A stretch of 64,000 nucleotides of DNA from Octopus sinensis (GCF_006345805.1 NC_043006.1:70122001-70186000), one strand, 5' to 3'. Numbered from the stretch's first letter, positions 13,781-28,305 are shown. Translations and numbers: made by a program. Notes: a model not told the origin generated them from the sequence alone.

Positions 13781-14212
13781 CACCGAGCATGGCCGCAGTA
13801 TAATAACTGAAACGAGTAAAAAAAAAAAAACCAATATTTGGGCGATACACAATGAAGAACCGAACGGCCATGTCATCGATTCGACTCCACACATTCCAAA
13901 TCCTTTGTTTTTGGCTATTGTTATTGCCGACGTTGATGTTTTTGTTTACATATTCTATTTTTGTCTTGTCCCGTCGGAGTCTAATACGTAGCAAGTGTCA
14001 GAGGAAATATAGAAAGTGGAAACTCTGCGAGAATTGCCAGTGCAGTATATGAATGGCATATTAAGGGTGTTTATTTTGTGACATCTGATGATGGTTCCTG
14101 CTAGTAGAAAGTGCGCTCGTGTGTGTGAGTGTTTAAGTACGTGTGGTTGTATATAAAAATTTACATACATACATGCATATATATATATGCATATAATATA
14201 TATATATAATAT

Positions 14213-14244
<32 letters not shown>

Positions 14245-14431
14245 GCGTGTGCGTGTGTATTTGTGTGTGTGTATATACATATAATCCATATATATGTATA
14301 TATATATATATATTACATATATATATTCATAAATATCTATAAATTCATATATATGTATATACATGCCTATAAATACATATATATGTGTATGTGTACGTGT
14401 ACGCACACACACATACACACACACATACACA

Positions 14432-14508
<77 letters not shown>

Positions 14509-14625
14509 ATATATATAATATATATATATATAAATGAGCGTATTTGTTATTTCCGACATCATACGATATTTCTTTGCTACGTCGCAATGGAAGAGTCAAC
14601 TCATTCTTTACTCTCTCAATCACTC

Positions 14626-14694
<69 letters not shown>

Positions 14695-15108
14695 ATTTCT
14701 TCTTCTCCTGTCACTCTCGCTTCTTTTCCCACAGCTCTTTAGCACTCTATACTATTTGCCCTTCAGCTTATGACAGGACCTTCAACGGGACCACCGCCCC
14801 ATGTCTAGGGTTACCAAACAGACCTACAACACTCTTGTACCAACTGCTTCCGGGTAGGTGGGACCTCATTAGATATATGGCAAAAGGAAAAAAGAAACAT
14901 ACCAATGCATCTTAGACGGAGACGAGGGCGGAAAAGCAAGAACACCCGGATTAGTAGTAGTAGTAGAGTAGTAGTAGTAGTAGTAGTAGTAGTAGATTGA
15001 AACTTCTACATTGGCACAAGGTCCTGTAATGCACCAGCCAATGATCTTAGATTAATAATGAGTAAATACACACACAATGCGTATGTGCGTGTGCATGAGT
15101 GTGTGTGT

Positions 15109-15152
<44 letters not shown>

Positions 15153-15397
15153 ATATAAAACTAAAGTGTTAAGACAGTGTGTGTATGTGTGTCTGTGTGT
15201 AAATATATGTGGGCACGCGCGTGCATCTGTAGAGAAATTATCAACAATGTCATACATACGCTTAATAAAATTTCTCAGTTGCTGCTGTATAAAGACCCTG
15301 TTAAGTTAGGGTTTATCTTTCTCCACTTTCTTTTCTGGTCCCTCTGTCTTTCATTCTCTCACTCACTCTATCTATCTGTCTATCTATCTATCTTTTA

Positions 15398-15640
15398 TCA
15401 AATCGAAATGTAGTTTACAGCATAAGATGCATAGAAGTTACTTGTAAAGGCATGAACATGACGTACATAGGGGAGACATCTAGGAGTATTGCGGAACGAC
15501 TAAATGAACATCTGAGACAATATAACGACAAAAAACAGTCCCCTATACTCTACCAACATGCCAAAGACCACCATGGAGGCAACTTGGGTCAACTTGACAT
15601 CAGCATCTTATCCAAGCACCCAAAAGACCCAACATTCAGT
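15398..15640 (+). mobile_element. Penelope-like element GIY-YIG endonuclease fragment
   Basis: In-frame SNRNVVYSIRCIEVTCKGMNMTYIGETSRSIAERLNEH: VVY..C..C..YIGET..R..EH. Confidence 0.85.
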
Positions 15641-15671
15641 GAACAGTAGAGTTTACCTTGTCGTGTTATGC

Positions 15672-15850
15672 AGGCTCATAAGGGCCGGTTTCCTTGTTTC
15701 TATGTCATATAAATTCCCCACCTTGACGGGACGCAAATCCGTCGCAGAATTACTCACTTTTGCCAGGTGAGAGGACTGTAGCAACGTGAAATGAAGTGTT
15801 TTGCTCAAGAACATAACTCGTCGCTCGGTCCAGGAATCGAAACCACAATC
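15672..15850 (-). mobile_element. SINE fragment (CORE-like centre, alternative tail)
   Basis: B box GGTTTCGATTCC on the minus strand; GGCTCATAAGGGCCGGTTTCC tail. Confidence 0.65.
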
Positions 15851-16948
15851 TCGGCATATTTAGGAATATGGAATGATTAGATTAAATTAATAACAAGAAA
15901 ATTGCAGCAAAGCTGCTTGATAGTGGCGTCAGACGTGGCATGGCGACCATCCATATAATTTCTTTTCCATTCTATTTTGACATGCGCGTTGCGTTTATAG
16001 ACTTCTCTTCTGTTTTACGAATTCATTGTGCACATACGCATTGCATGTTCATACTTCTCTTTCCGGTTCCTACTCAAAATTGTTTACAGATCACAACCAT
16101 CTCACGAACTTGCGTTTGTGAGGAGCGTTTCGCGCTCCGATGGTTGTAAAGAAATCCTATTGTAAAAGCTCTAGCATAACCTTTTCAAGGCGGTGCTCCA
16201 GAGATATCTTTGATAACGGCACCACAACCTTAACTGACGTATACTACTCAAGCCACCACGTACAGCAGCTAACACACAAGAGATAACTCACCCGAGGTCC
16301 CACGGTGCTTTTCGTATTCGTTGCATTGTCAGTGAGTTCTGTCATGAAAATTGTTCTTTAACAGCATTTAATAAAAAAAACAAAAAAAAACAAAAAGATA
16401 CTGGTGGTTTGTGTTGAAAGATAACATATAAAAAAAAATAAACTTGCGCGATTGACCAGATTATATTTGCTAGATCAATTACAATACAGTTACTTTTAAA
16501 CAGCTAAAGTGTTTTTTTGAGGTGGTGGTGGGGGGTTCTCGCATTTGTCTTCCTTATATAAACAGCAGTTCCCATGTTTTGGATTAAAACAACCACTTGT
16601 AACCTAGTTGGGACGTCGTATTAGTTATGGTCAAATTGTCTTTTTACGGAGAAGATATCCTAGACACACATACATAGATATATGCATATGTATCGTAGTT
16701 TCAATTCCTAGACCGAGCGGTACGTTGTGTTCTTCAGCAAAACACTTCACCTCACGTTTGGTCTACGGTCACTTTGACACCTGACGTGTGGTACACCGTT
16801 CACCTGTTCAGACAACGTCGATTTGATGGAGAGAATGAGTCAGTGCGCGGCACGAACATTTGATCAATATGGACAAATCATTTGTGCAGGTCGATCGGTA
16901 AAAGCTGAACTCTCATACGTCGTCGTCTTCGACAAGAGAGTCCATCAT

Positions 16949-17002
<54 letters not shown>

Positions 17003-17313
17003 GTGAAACAGGGACAACAGAAGAAGGGCAATATTCTTTATGTTGTATGTCTCATTTCTCTGTTTTTTTTCATTGTTTGAAAAAAGTTCGTTTCTATTTA
17101 TTTTTATGTTTTCGTTTCTCATTGTGTTCAACGTTTTTTTATGTCCTGTACCCATATATGCATGTATATATACATATGTATGTAGGTATGTACATATATG
17201 TATGTATATATGCATATGTATGTAGGTATGTACATATATGTATGTATATATGCATATATTTATATATTATTTATATTATTATATGATCGAACGCCACGCA
17301 TCCTTTTCCAAGT

Positions 17314-17369
<56 letters not shown>

Positions 17370-17482
17370 TGTTTAGCGTAATAAGATAAAAGCCAAGGCT
17401 GTGTAGATATTAGGGCATTTATACATAGAAGGTCTTACAGCTGTTTCTAGGATGTTTATTAATATCGGAGACGGTGTGAGAG

Positions 17483-17516
<34 letters not shown>

Positions 17517-18129
17517 GATAGATAGATAGATACGGGGCGGGAGGGGGGAGGGAGGGAGGGGGGAGGGAGAAATGCACAGAGAGAGATGCAGAGAGTGAGA
17601 TGCAGACACAGAGAGATGCACATAATGAGATGCACAGAGAGGGAGAGAGAGAGAGAGGTGCACAGAGAGAGTGATAGAGAGAGAGAGTGATGATAGGGAG
17701 ACAGACAAGGTCAGAATCAGGTAGACAGAAACTGACACACAACCCTTATAGATAAGCGCGCGCGCGTAGACAAGCAAGAGTACAGACTGACACACACACA
17801 TACACACGCACACACACGCACGCACGCACACGCATACATACGCATGGACACGCATACATACACACGCGCACACACACACACATAAACACGCGCACACACA
17901 CAGATACAGACACACACACGCACACACATACACATGCACACACATTCGCACACACGCACGCACTCACATACACATACACGCACACCTACACACGCGCGCA
18001 CACACACATGCACATGCACACGCTCACACGTATACACATACACACATATACACACACGCGTGCGCGCACACATACACATACGCACACACACATACACACA
18101 CATACACACACATGCACACGCACACACAT

Positions 18130-18177
<48 letters not shown>

Positions 18178-18764
18178 GCGCAAACACACGTACATTCGCA
18201 CACACACTTACACATACCCACACTACGCACACACTTATACATACTCTCACTACGCACACGCATGCACTCACATACACACACATACACACACACACACACG
18301 CATGAACAAACAGCCAGACCGATAGATCAACAGACATTGAGACATTGAGACAGACATTGAGACTGACAGACCGACAGACAGACAGACAGACAGACAGACA
18401 GAGCTGGAGCAAGACCAGGTAGAGTGAAGAAAGCAGAGGAACGGAGGATGATCGGATGACAATGGAAAAGCAACGAAAGCGAGTGGGAGAGACAGAGAGA
18501 CAGAGAGACAAGGAGAGACGGAGGGAGGGAGAGAGGCAGAGAGATGAAGACAAACAGACAGAAAGAAAAACAAAGAAAAGATTAAAAAAGAAAAAAAGCT
18601 CGGTTAGTCACTGCATCCCTGAGATTTGAATGGCTGGGACAATGTTTTTTAATAAATCGATGGTAATGAAGATGGCAGCTCATGAAGAAAATAGCCATCG
18701 TTGTGCTGTTTGTGTGTAATATGTCATCTACTGCAGGTCATCACCAACTAAGGCGATGTTATCA

Positions 18765-18790
18765 ACCTCCACCGCTGCCACCACCATTAC

Positions 18791-18833
<43 letters not shown>

Positions 18834-19760
18834 TCATCATCATCATCATCATCATCATAACCATTGCCGCCACCAACATCGTCATCGTTATCCTCCTCTT
18901 CATCACTACCAACACTGCAACCGCCACCACCATGATCTTCACCATTACCTCCACCACCACCACCATCATCATCATCTTCATCACTACCAGCATTGCAGCC
19001 ACCACCACCACCGTGATCTTCACCATTACCTCCACCACCATCATCATCATCTTCATCATCACTATCAACACCGCAACCACCACCACCATCATCATCATCG
19101 CTGCTACTTCCACCAACATCATCAACATCATCATTACTACCAAGACCGCAACCACCACCACCACCATCATCTTCACCATTACTTCCACCACCACCATCAT
19201 TATCACTACCAACACCGCAACCATCACCCCCAATACCACCACCACCATCATCATTATCATCATCATCATCATCATCATCGCCAACACCATCTTCATCGTC
19301 GTCGTCGTCGTCATCATCATCATCATCATCCTCATCTTCCTCACCTCCTCGTCGCCGTCATCATCATTATCATCACCTTCATTATTACCACCACCACCCT
19401 CATCTTCATCGTCATCATCATCATCATCACCGTCACCGCCAACACCGCCACCAACACCAGCACCATTATCACCATCGCCATCATCATCATCATCATCATC
19501 ACCACCACCCCAACCACCGTCACCAAAACCACCAACGCAACCACCAACACAGCTGCTACCATCATATCAAAACCGTCACCACCACCACCACAAACCGCCA
19601 AATCCACTACAAATACCCCTCACCATCAATACCACCACCACAACTATTACAACTACCACTACAACCACTACCAACTCCACTGCAATCACCACGTCTGTCA
19701 GCACCACCACCACCAATGCCACCTCCATCACTACCACCGCCACCTCCTCATCGTCTTCGC
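18765..19760. repeat. Degenerate (CAT)n/(CAC)n trinucleotide low-complexity tract
   Basis: Gives poly-His, poly-Thr/Ile and poly-Pro/Ser ORFs in several frames; contains internal ~60-70-bp duplications. Confidence 0.9.
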
Positions 19761-20811
19761 TTTCCCTTTCTTTCTCCTCCATTTACTTTCTGTTTTATAA
19801 GTTTCTAGAAGTTTCTCATTCTCTCATCTCTCTCCCTCTCTTTCTCTCTTTCTCTAATTCTCTTTCCATCAGTCTCTCTCCTCTTCCCTCTTTCCATCAT
19901 CCTCTCCCTCCCATCTCCCTTATACACTTTATTCTTTATTTATATGTATATATTTTTCTATATGTTTCTATATTTTTTTGGCAATTTTTCAAAAGTCAAA
20001 ATGCTTGACATTTGATCATTCGCCGATGTTTTAGTCTAAACCAACCACCGTTGGTCTTATTGAATATTAACTTCCATTGATTTTGTTCACTTCTATTGTT
20101 GATTCTGTTGTTGTTTCCTTGTCTTCTTTTTTTCTTCAGGTTTTATTCTTAAACTTGAAGTTGTTATATTCAGCCTAGCTATTGTTTTATCGATTGACAA
20201 TCTGTCGTCTGATCATGTTTTTTTCTTTCTCTATCATTTTTATTTTCTCTCAGGTTTTGTTGTTGATGTTATTGTTTGTTATTTTTTTATTCTTCTTGCT
20301 AATAATAATACTCTGTTGATTTGATTATCGATTGTCTTCTCACGAATCCTGGTGGTCGTCTGAACGTTACTGTGTTTCACTCTGATTGTCCGACAAACTA
20401 ACGTCTGCTAATCAGTTAAATGTATCGTCTGCTTCTTCCATATTTAATTTTATCGCCTTAAAATTTTGCCAAACTGTAACTTAGCTGCATACATTTGCAG
20501 CATATTGAACGCTTGATTAAATAAGTACCAGTAATACGTACGGACTATCGTTATTGTTAATTGCATTATTATTGTTGATTTTGTTTGTTAAGACGGCGAA
20601 CTGGTTAATGCGCTCAAAAATGCCTAGCGGCATTTCTTCTAAATTTACGTCCTGAGTTCAAATCCGCCCAGGTCGACTTTGCCTTTCATACTTTTGAGAT
20701 CGATAAGTACCCGTTGAGCACGGGGGTCGATGTAATTGACTAACCGCCTCCTCGGAACATGCTGGCCTTGTGCTAAAATTTGTAATTATTATCATTGTTG
20801 CTGTTGTGAGG

Positions 20812-21100
20812 GTGCCTGGCCTAGTGTTTACGGTGTTGCAGTTATGACTGCGAGATCGTAGTTTCAATTCCTAGACCGGATGGTGCGTTTTTTTCTGAGC
20901 AAAGCACTCCATCTCACGTTGTTCTGTGATCAGTTCGATACCTGATGCGTGGTACGCCGTGCCTTTGTTCAGACAACATCGATTTAATGGAGAGAGTTAG
21001 CTAACATACAGCACAAACATTTGATCACAATAAATGAATCATTTGTGCAGGTCATTCGACAAAGGCTGAATGCTCATACGTCGCTTTCGACGAGAGAGTT
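20812..21100 (+). mobile_element. SINE type D (representative)
   Basis: tRNA-like head TGGCCTAGTG..GTTTCAATTCC. Related copies at 16693-16952 and 53350-53645(-). Confidence 0.7.
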
Positions 21101-21110
21101 TATGATTGTT

Positions 21111-21166
<56 letters not shown>

Positions 21167-21441
21167 CATCATCATCATCATCATCATCATTATTATTAAG
21201 AGGGCGAGCTGGAAGAATTGTTTGCACGCTGGGGGCGAGATTCTTAGCGGTATTTCGTTAGTCATTAATGTTCTGAGTTCGAATTCCGCTGAGATCGACT
21301 TTTCCTCTCATCCTTTCGGGGTCGAAAAATTAAGTACCAATGAAACACTTGTTTTGATGTAATCGACTAGTCTCCTCCCCGCAAATTTGAGGGCTTATTC
21401 CTCCTGTAGAAAGGATTATTATTATTATCACTATTATTATA

Positions 21442-21492
<51 letters not shown>

Positions 21493-22048
21493 GAATGCGA
21501 GGGCAGTGCATCCCATCAAAGTGACACTGGCATAAAATATATCAATCCCAGTATACCCATCATGACTACCTCTCAGATAAGAGTACACAAAGCACATGCA
21601 TCACAATAATATATGTGTGTGATACAGTGATCTCATATCAAGATAAACAGCGCATAATACTGCAGATGGGACCCAGTCAGAATTTTCTTCAGGTCGAGTA
21701 GCCCATCCCGCCCAAAAATTCCTTGAATAAGGGTTGTTTGAGGATGTTGAACGAAACACCCATGTTTCCAAAGGTGATGTATTCAAACCCCAAAGAATCC
21801 CTCTCAACACGTGGCTTTGATGCTCCCCCACTACTTCTGCTCGTGATCAGAGATGCACATATCGTCAGCCACTAAGGGATATGCTCAACTGGTTAAGGTC
21901 AAACAACTGACAAGCATATCTGTGGTATTAAGCAAAATATTTGCTGTAGCCCATCTTTTATACCAAGACAAAACACGTACATAACACTTCCAATCAGTTA
22001 AGATCAGAAGCCATGAGAACCACTGCCTGGTACTGCATTAGAGCATTT
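21493..22048 (-). mobile_element. Element X copy 5 (full length)
   Basis: Same ends as copy 4; (TTA)n flanks. Confidence 0.85.
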
Positions 22049-22049
22049 A

Positions 22050-22107
<58 letters not shown>

Positions 22108-22119
22108 TTATTATTATTA

Positions 22120-22177
<58 letters not shown>

Positions 22178-22431
22178 TAAGGCGGCGAGCTAGCAGAAAT
22201 GTTAGCACGCTGGGCAAAGTGCTTAGCGGTATTTTAGCTCGTCGCTATGTTCTGAGTTCAAATTCCGCCGTGTTCGACTTTGCTTTCATCCTTTTGGGGT
22301 CTTTAAAATTAGTACCAGTTGAGCACCGGGATCGATGTAATCGACTTCACCTAGTAGTATATTCGGTATGGAAAAGGACCATATTCGGTAAAAGTTTATA
22401 TAATTATAACAATAAGGGTTTTTGCAACAAG

Positions 22432-23191
22432 TTGCTTGACCACATACCGAAAATGTTAGAAATAGCAGCCAGAGGACTGCTATTTCCTTTTACTACAAAA
22501 ATATGTCTCCACAGACAACAATATTTGCAACTTATATATGGCAAAAAAAGAAGAAAAATAACGAAATCAAACAGTCCACGGTCAATTATGGACGCACGTT
22601 TCTGGATTAGAATCATAAGGTTCATTTCCTTCATCAACATAATATTGCGGTAAATAAATCTGGAAATGCTAGAAAATCTTACCTCCTATATTTCCGATCA
22701 GGCGACATCGGGACATACAGAAGCTAATCAGCATATCCACATTTATATAGACAAGTGCATTCGTATTTCCCTCCAGAATTTTTACCACGTGAATCACAAA
22801 ATAATACTGCCGAAAAAAATTCGTAGCTTTGTCGTAGGGGAGTAAAATAATCATTACAGATAAAGTGTGAAATATAATTAATTTAATAAAATCAACAAAA
22901 TGCTGATTAGCTTCTGTATGTCCCGATGTCGCCTGATCGGAAATATAGGAGGTAAGATTTTCTAGCATTTCTAGATTTATTTACCGGAATATTATGTTGA
23001 TGAAGGAAATGCATCTTATGATTCTTATCCAGAAACGTGCGTCCATAATTGACCGTGGACTGTTTGATTTCGTTATTTTTCTTCTTCTTTTGCCATATAT
23101 GAGTTGCAAATATTGTTGTCTGTTGAGACATATTTTTGTAGTAAAGCGAAATAGCAGTCCTCTGGCTGCTATTTCGTTATGTGGTCAAGCA
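22432..23191. repeat. Long inverted repeat, ~300-bp arms with a ~165-bp spacer
   Basis: 22432-22734 versus 22900-23191. ORFs 22404-22640(-) and 22994(+) give the same peptide. Confidence 0.92.
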
Positions 23192-23197
23192 CATAAC

Positions 23198-23304
<107 letters not shown>

Positions 23305-23314
23305 TGTATGTATG

Positions 23315-23346
<32 letters not shown>

Positions 23347-23595
23347 TGTATGTGCGTCTGTTTGTCCTCCCAACATAACTTGACAACAGATGCTGGTGTA
23401 TTTACGTCCCCATAACTTAGAGGTTCGGCAAAAGAGATCGATAGAATAAGTACTAGGCTTCCCAAAAATAAGTCCTGGGGTCGATTTGCTCGACTAAAGG
23501 CGGTGCTCAGCATGGCCGCAGTTAAATGACTGAAACAAGTAAAAGAGTATATATATATATTATATATACACATATACACACACACACACACACAA

Positions 23596-23689
<94 letters not shown>

Positions 23690-23690
<1 letters not shown>

Positions 23691-24072
23691 TGGCACTCTG
23701 TCGCTTACGACGACGAAGGTTCCAGTTGATCTGATCAACGGAACAGCCGACTCGTGAAATTAACATGCAAGTGGCTGAGCACTCCACAGACATGTGTACC
23801 CTTAAAGTAGTTCTCGGGGGAGTTCAGCGTCACACACAGTGTAACAAGGCTGGCCCTTTGAAATACAGGTACAACAGAAACAAGAAGAAAGGGTGAGAAA
23901 AAGTTGTGGTGAAAGAGTACAGCAGGGTTCACCACCACCCACTGCCGGAGCCTCGTTGAGCTTTAGGTGTTTTTGGCCAGTGAACACTCACCACGCTCGG
24001 TCTGGGAATCGAAACCGCTATCCTACGACTGCGTGTCCGCTACCCTAACTACTGGGCCCATTGCGCCTCCAC
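23690..24072 (-). mobile_element. SINE type A
   Basis: Colinear with 3142-3529. Confidence 0.88.
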
Positions 24073-24113
<41 letters not shown>

Positions 24114-24131
24114 TGTTTGCGTGTGTGTGTG

Positions 24132-24182
<51 letters not shown>

Positions 24183-24865
24183 GTGTGTGTGTGTATATGT
24201 GTGTGTATGTGTGTGTTTCGTGTCACAGCTGTAGAAAATGAATACACGCTCTCGTTTGTATGTATGGATCTATGTATGAATTTTTAATGTGAATATATGT
24301 GTGTGTGTGTGTGTGTGCACATATGTGTTTGTATGTGTGTGTTTATGTGTATGCATTTGCACACACTAACATCTCCTCATAAACATATATGCTCATACAC
24401 AGACGCATGCATAAATGTACACAAACACACACACACACACACACACATACACATACATAAATACACACATTATGTTCTTGCATCAACAAAGACGAAAGAA
24501 AGAGCAACGACGGGAACAATAACAACAACAACAGCAACAACAACAACAACAACAACAGCAGTAGATTCTATTTTCGAAAGTTGACAATTTTACAAATCCG
24601 CCATGCGGCAGTGAAAAACGCCGACCAGTTGACCTAGAATTTCAAGAGTGGCTCCCAGACTAACAGACAGACAGATATGTATTATCAGGTTTAAAATGAC
24701 AACAACAACAACAACAACAACAGGAGCAGCAACAGTAACAACAGCATGAGTTGTAGAAACAATATCGAAAATAAAATAAATAAATAAATAAATAAATAAA
24801 TAAAATGTAAAACGCAAACGAAAAGCGCCAAAACTGGGGCCAAGTTACAAAGATTGTGTGCTTAC

Positions 24866-24929
24866 TTCGGAGTCCAAACCTTCGAAAGGAATTCTGGTTA
24901 GAGACTAATCACGAGGAATTCCTTTCCAT
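24866..24929 (-). other. Candidate 64-bp non-coding exon
   Basis: Minus strand: pyrimidine tract..TTTTTCTAG| ... CCGAA|GTAAGC; stops in all three frames. Confidence 0.35.
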
Positions 24930-25102
24930 CTAGAAAAATCTTCTCAGACGAAAGAAGACAAGAAATAGAAAAATGAAAAAGCAAAAAAAAAAAGAAAGAA
25001 ACGAAATTGGATACAAGAGTAAATATATAAATGCTAAAAATAGAACAAAAATGGAAACAATAATAAAACAACAACAACAACAATAATAATAATAATATAA
25101 TA

Positions 25103-25138
<36 letters not shown>

Positions 25139-25155
25139 TAATAATAATAATAATA

Positions 25156-25189
<34 letters not shown>

Positions 25190-25964
25190 TAGCATTAAAG
25201 ACCGGTCGTTGCCGGGTCATAGTGCTAGTGCATGTATATATGTGTATATATATGTGTACATATTACATGTACATCTATATATATACATCTACACATAAAA
25301 TACAAAATACAAAGTTATATCTTGATATCGCTAGTGATAACAATACTCAAAATATACAACAGACTGTCTCTTGTAATTTCGATCAATTGTATCTTGTCCT
25401 CCCTCTTGTATAGAATGGTGGCTACAATCCAGCCTACATCTACTTCTGGGGGTGGGGCATTTTAATTTTTTTTCCGGAACGTCCCACGTCCCAGATATAA
25501 AGGTAAAAATAAAATAATACCACTTTGCAAGTTCAAGTCGAGTACTCCCTTGCACGCTCCGTTGACTCGAACCTTGCTTCTATTGTGGCGAATTTACCGC
25601 CTCTGATTAGATACCTTTCATAGTCGCACCAAGACACTTTTCGAAGGTGCTTTCCTCCATGTCTTCAAATCTTCTTTTATCTCTACATTGTATACTTTAT
25701 AGACAATAGTTTTTTCTTTAATTTAATTTTTTTATTATCCATCTGGACTATTCCATTTATGCACGCTAATTTTATTTTTAATTTATTCCCATTCATGTGA
25801 AACCACTTATTCAAGTTTAAGTCATTGATGCAATTTTATACCAATTGGTATTTTTACTTTTTTTATGTTACGATTATATACTTTAGTTTGATTTTAATTA
25901 TTACTTACTACATATAATTCAATTGTTATTATTATTTTTATTGTTTAAGTGAAAGTATCTGACA

Positions 25965-26345
25965 TAAAATAGAGAAATGATTTTGTTTCACTTTTAACAC
26001 GTAATACTGAAATAGTGGAGAAGATATGATATTGCTATGGGCTCGCTCTAGGCAAGAAGTTGAACATTTTTTTGTCCATGAAACTACATGGACCCTAAGT
26101 AAGGCATGTGTAAAATAAGAATGAAATTGGTTGTGTAGTTTTCAAGTTTTAGGGAATCGTAGTGGAGAAGATATGATATTGCTGTGGGCTCACCCTAAGC
26201 AAAAAGTTTTTAAAATTTTTTGCCGATGACACTCCCCGGACCCTAAGTAAGGCATGTGTAAAATTTGAATGAAATTGGTTGTGTAGTTCTCAAGTTTTAG
26301 GGAAACACACAGACAGACAGACAGATTTTCTTAGTTTTATATATA
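25965..26345. mobile_element. Possible Helentron/DINE-1-like non-autonomous element with an internal ~147-bp tandem duplication
   Basis: Direct repeats at 26014 and 26161, a (GACA)n tract near the end, and weak subterminal inverted repeats. Confidence 0.45.
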
Positions 26346-26352
26346 TATAAAG

Positions 26353-26409
<57 letters not shown>

Positions 26410-26640
26410 TAATAATAATAATAATAATAATAATCTCTTCTATTCTAGGAACAAGGCCCAAAACATTAGATCGACTCCAGTACGCAACTGGTACTTAATT
26501 CATCGACCCCCAGGTGATTAAATGCAAAGTCGACCTCGGCGGAATTTTAACTCAGAACGTAGAGGCAGACGAAATACCGCTAAGCATTTCGCCCGGCGTG
26601 CTAAAGTTTCTGCCAGCACAACAACAACAACAACTACAGC

Positions 26641-26684
<44 letters not shown>

Positions 26685-26931
26685 GAAGAAGAAGAAGAAG
26701 AAGAAGAAGAAGAAGAAGAAGAAGAAGAAGAAGAAAAAGAAGAAGAAGAAAATTATAGGTGCATGCGTGGTTGTGTGGTAAGTAGCTTGCTTTCACAACC
26801 ACATGGTTCCGGGTTCAATCCCACAGCTTGGCACTTTGGGCTAGTGTTTTCTACTACAGCTACGGGCCGACCAAAGCTCTGTGAATGGATTTGGTAGACG
26901 GAAACTAAAAGAAACCTATCGTATATATATA

Positions 26932-26974
<43 letters not shown>

Positions 26975-27299
26975 TGTGTGTGGTGTGTGTGTGTGAGTTT
27001 GTGTGTGCGTGTTTGTCTTACGAAGGCTTACGAAGAATAATTCCTGGGGTCGATTTGCTCGACTGAAGGCGGTGCTCCAGCATGGCCGCTGTCAAATGAC
27101 TGAAACAAGTAAAGGAGAAAGAATAATAATGCTGATGATGATGATTCTCCTTTGTAAATGATAGTAATCATTAACGGGCCGTTGATAGAGGAGCCTGTTT
27201 ATATAATGGGGGCAGAGACAGCTGAAAACTGAAACCTATACGGAGTTGTAGCTACTCGAACTTGTCAAGGAATGAACGGAAGAGAGTTACAAAAAAAAG

Positions 27300-27681
27300 C
27301 GTGGCACTCCGTCGGTTACGACGAGGGTTCCTGTTGATCCAATCAACGGAACAACCTGCTCGTGAAATTAACGTGCAAGCGGGTGAGCACTCCACAGACA
27401 CGTGTACCTCTTAACGCCGTTGTCGAGGGGATTCAGCGTGACATACTGTGTGACAAGGCTGGCCCTTTGATATACAGGTACAGCAGAAACAGGAAGAAAG
27501 GGTGAGAGAAAGTTGCGGCGAAAGAGTACAGCAGGGTTCGCCACCACCTCCTGCCGGAGCCTCGTGGAGCTTTAGATATTTTTGCTCAATAAACACTCAC
27601 AACGCCCGGTTGGGGAAATCCTAACCGCGATCCTACGACTGCGAGTCTGCTGCCCTAACCACTGGGCTATTGCGCCTCCAC
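27300..27681 (-). mobile_element. SINE type A
   Basis: Colinear with 3142-3529. Confidence 0.88.
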
Positions 27682-27720
27682 AGGGGAGTGTACAGACAGA
27701 CCAATATACGTTTATAGACA

Positions 27721-27763
<43 letters not shown>

Positions 27764-28305
27764 GCACGCACACGCACACACACACACGCACACATACATG
27801 CACGTACACTCGGGGATATGCAGACGTGCTCGCCCACACACAATTTCAGGCGCAGACTATCGCGTACGTACGAAAATTGCTTAGATACCCAATTAGTACC
27901 ATTATGTATGTGTGTGGTGCATGTGTGCGTGTGTGCGTGCGTGGGCAAATGTATGTACGTGTATGTCTGTGTGTGTATGTGTGGGTACAAGCATACATAT
28001 ATAAATGCACATCTTTCTCTCTCTTTCTCTCTCTCTCCCTCTCTCTCCCTCTCTCTCTCTCTCTTATATATATATATATATTTATATATTCTTTTATTTT
28101 TTATTCTTTTTCTTGTTTCAGTTATTTGACTGCGGCCATGTAGGAGCACCGCCTTCAGTCGAGCAAATCGACCTCAGGACTTATTCTTTGTAAGCCTAGT
28201 ACTTATTCTATTGGTCTCTTTTGCTGAGCCGCTATTTTACGGGGACGTAAACACACCAACATCGGTCGTCAACCGATGGTGGCAGGGACAAACAGACACA
28301 CAAAC

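Noticed and set aside
18682-20008. His-rich 372-aa and Thr/Pro-rich 358-aa ORFs
   Set aside because: The trinucleotide low-complexity tract lacks stops in several frames; no domain or convincing splice structure.
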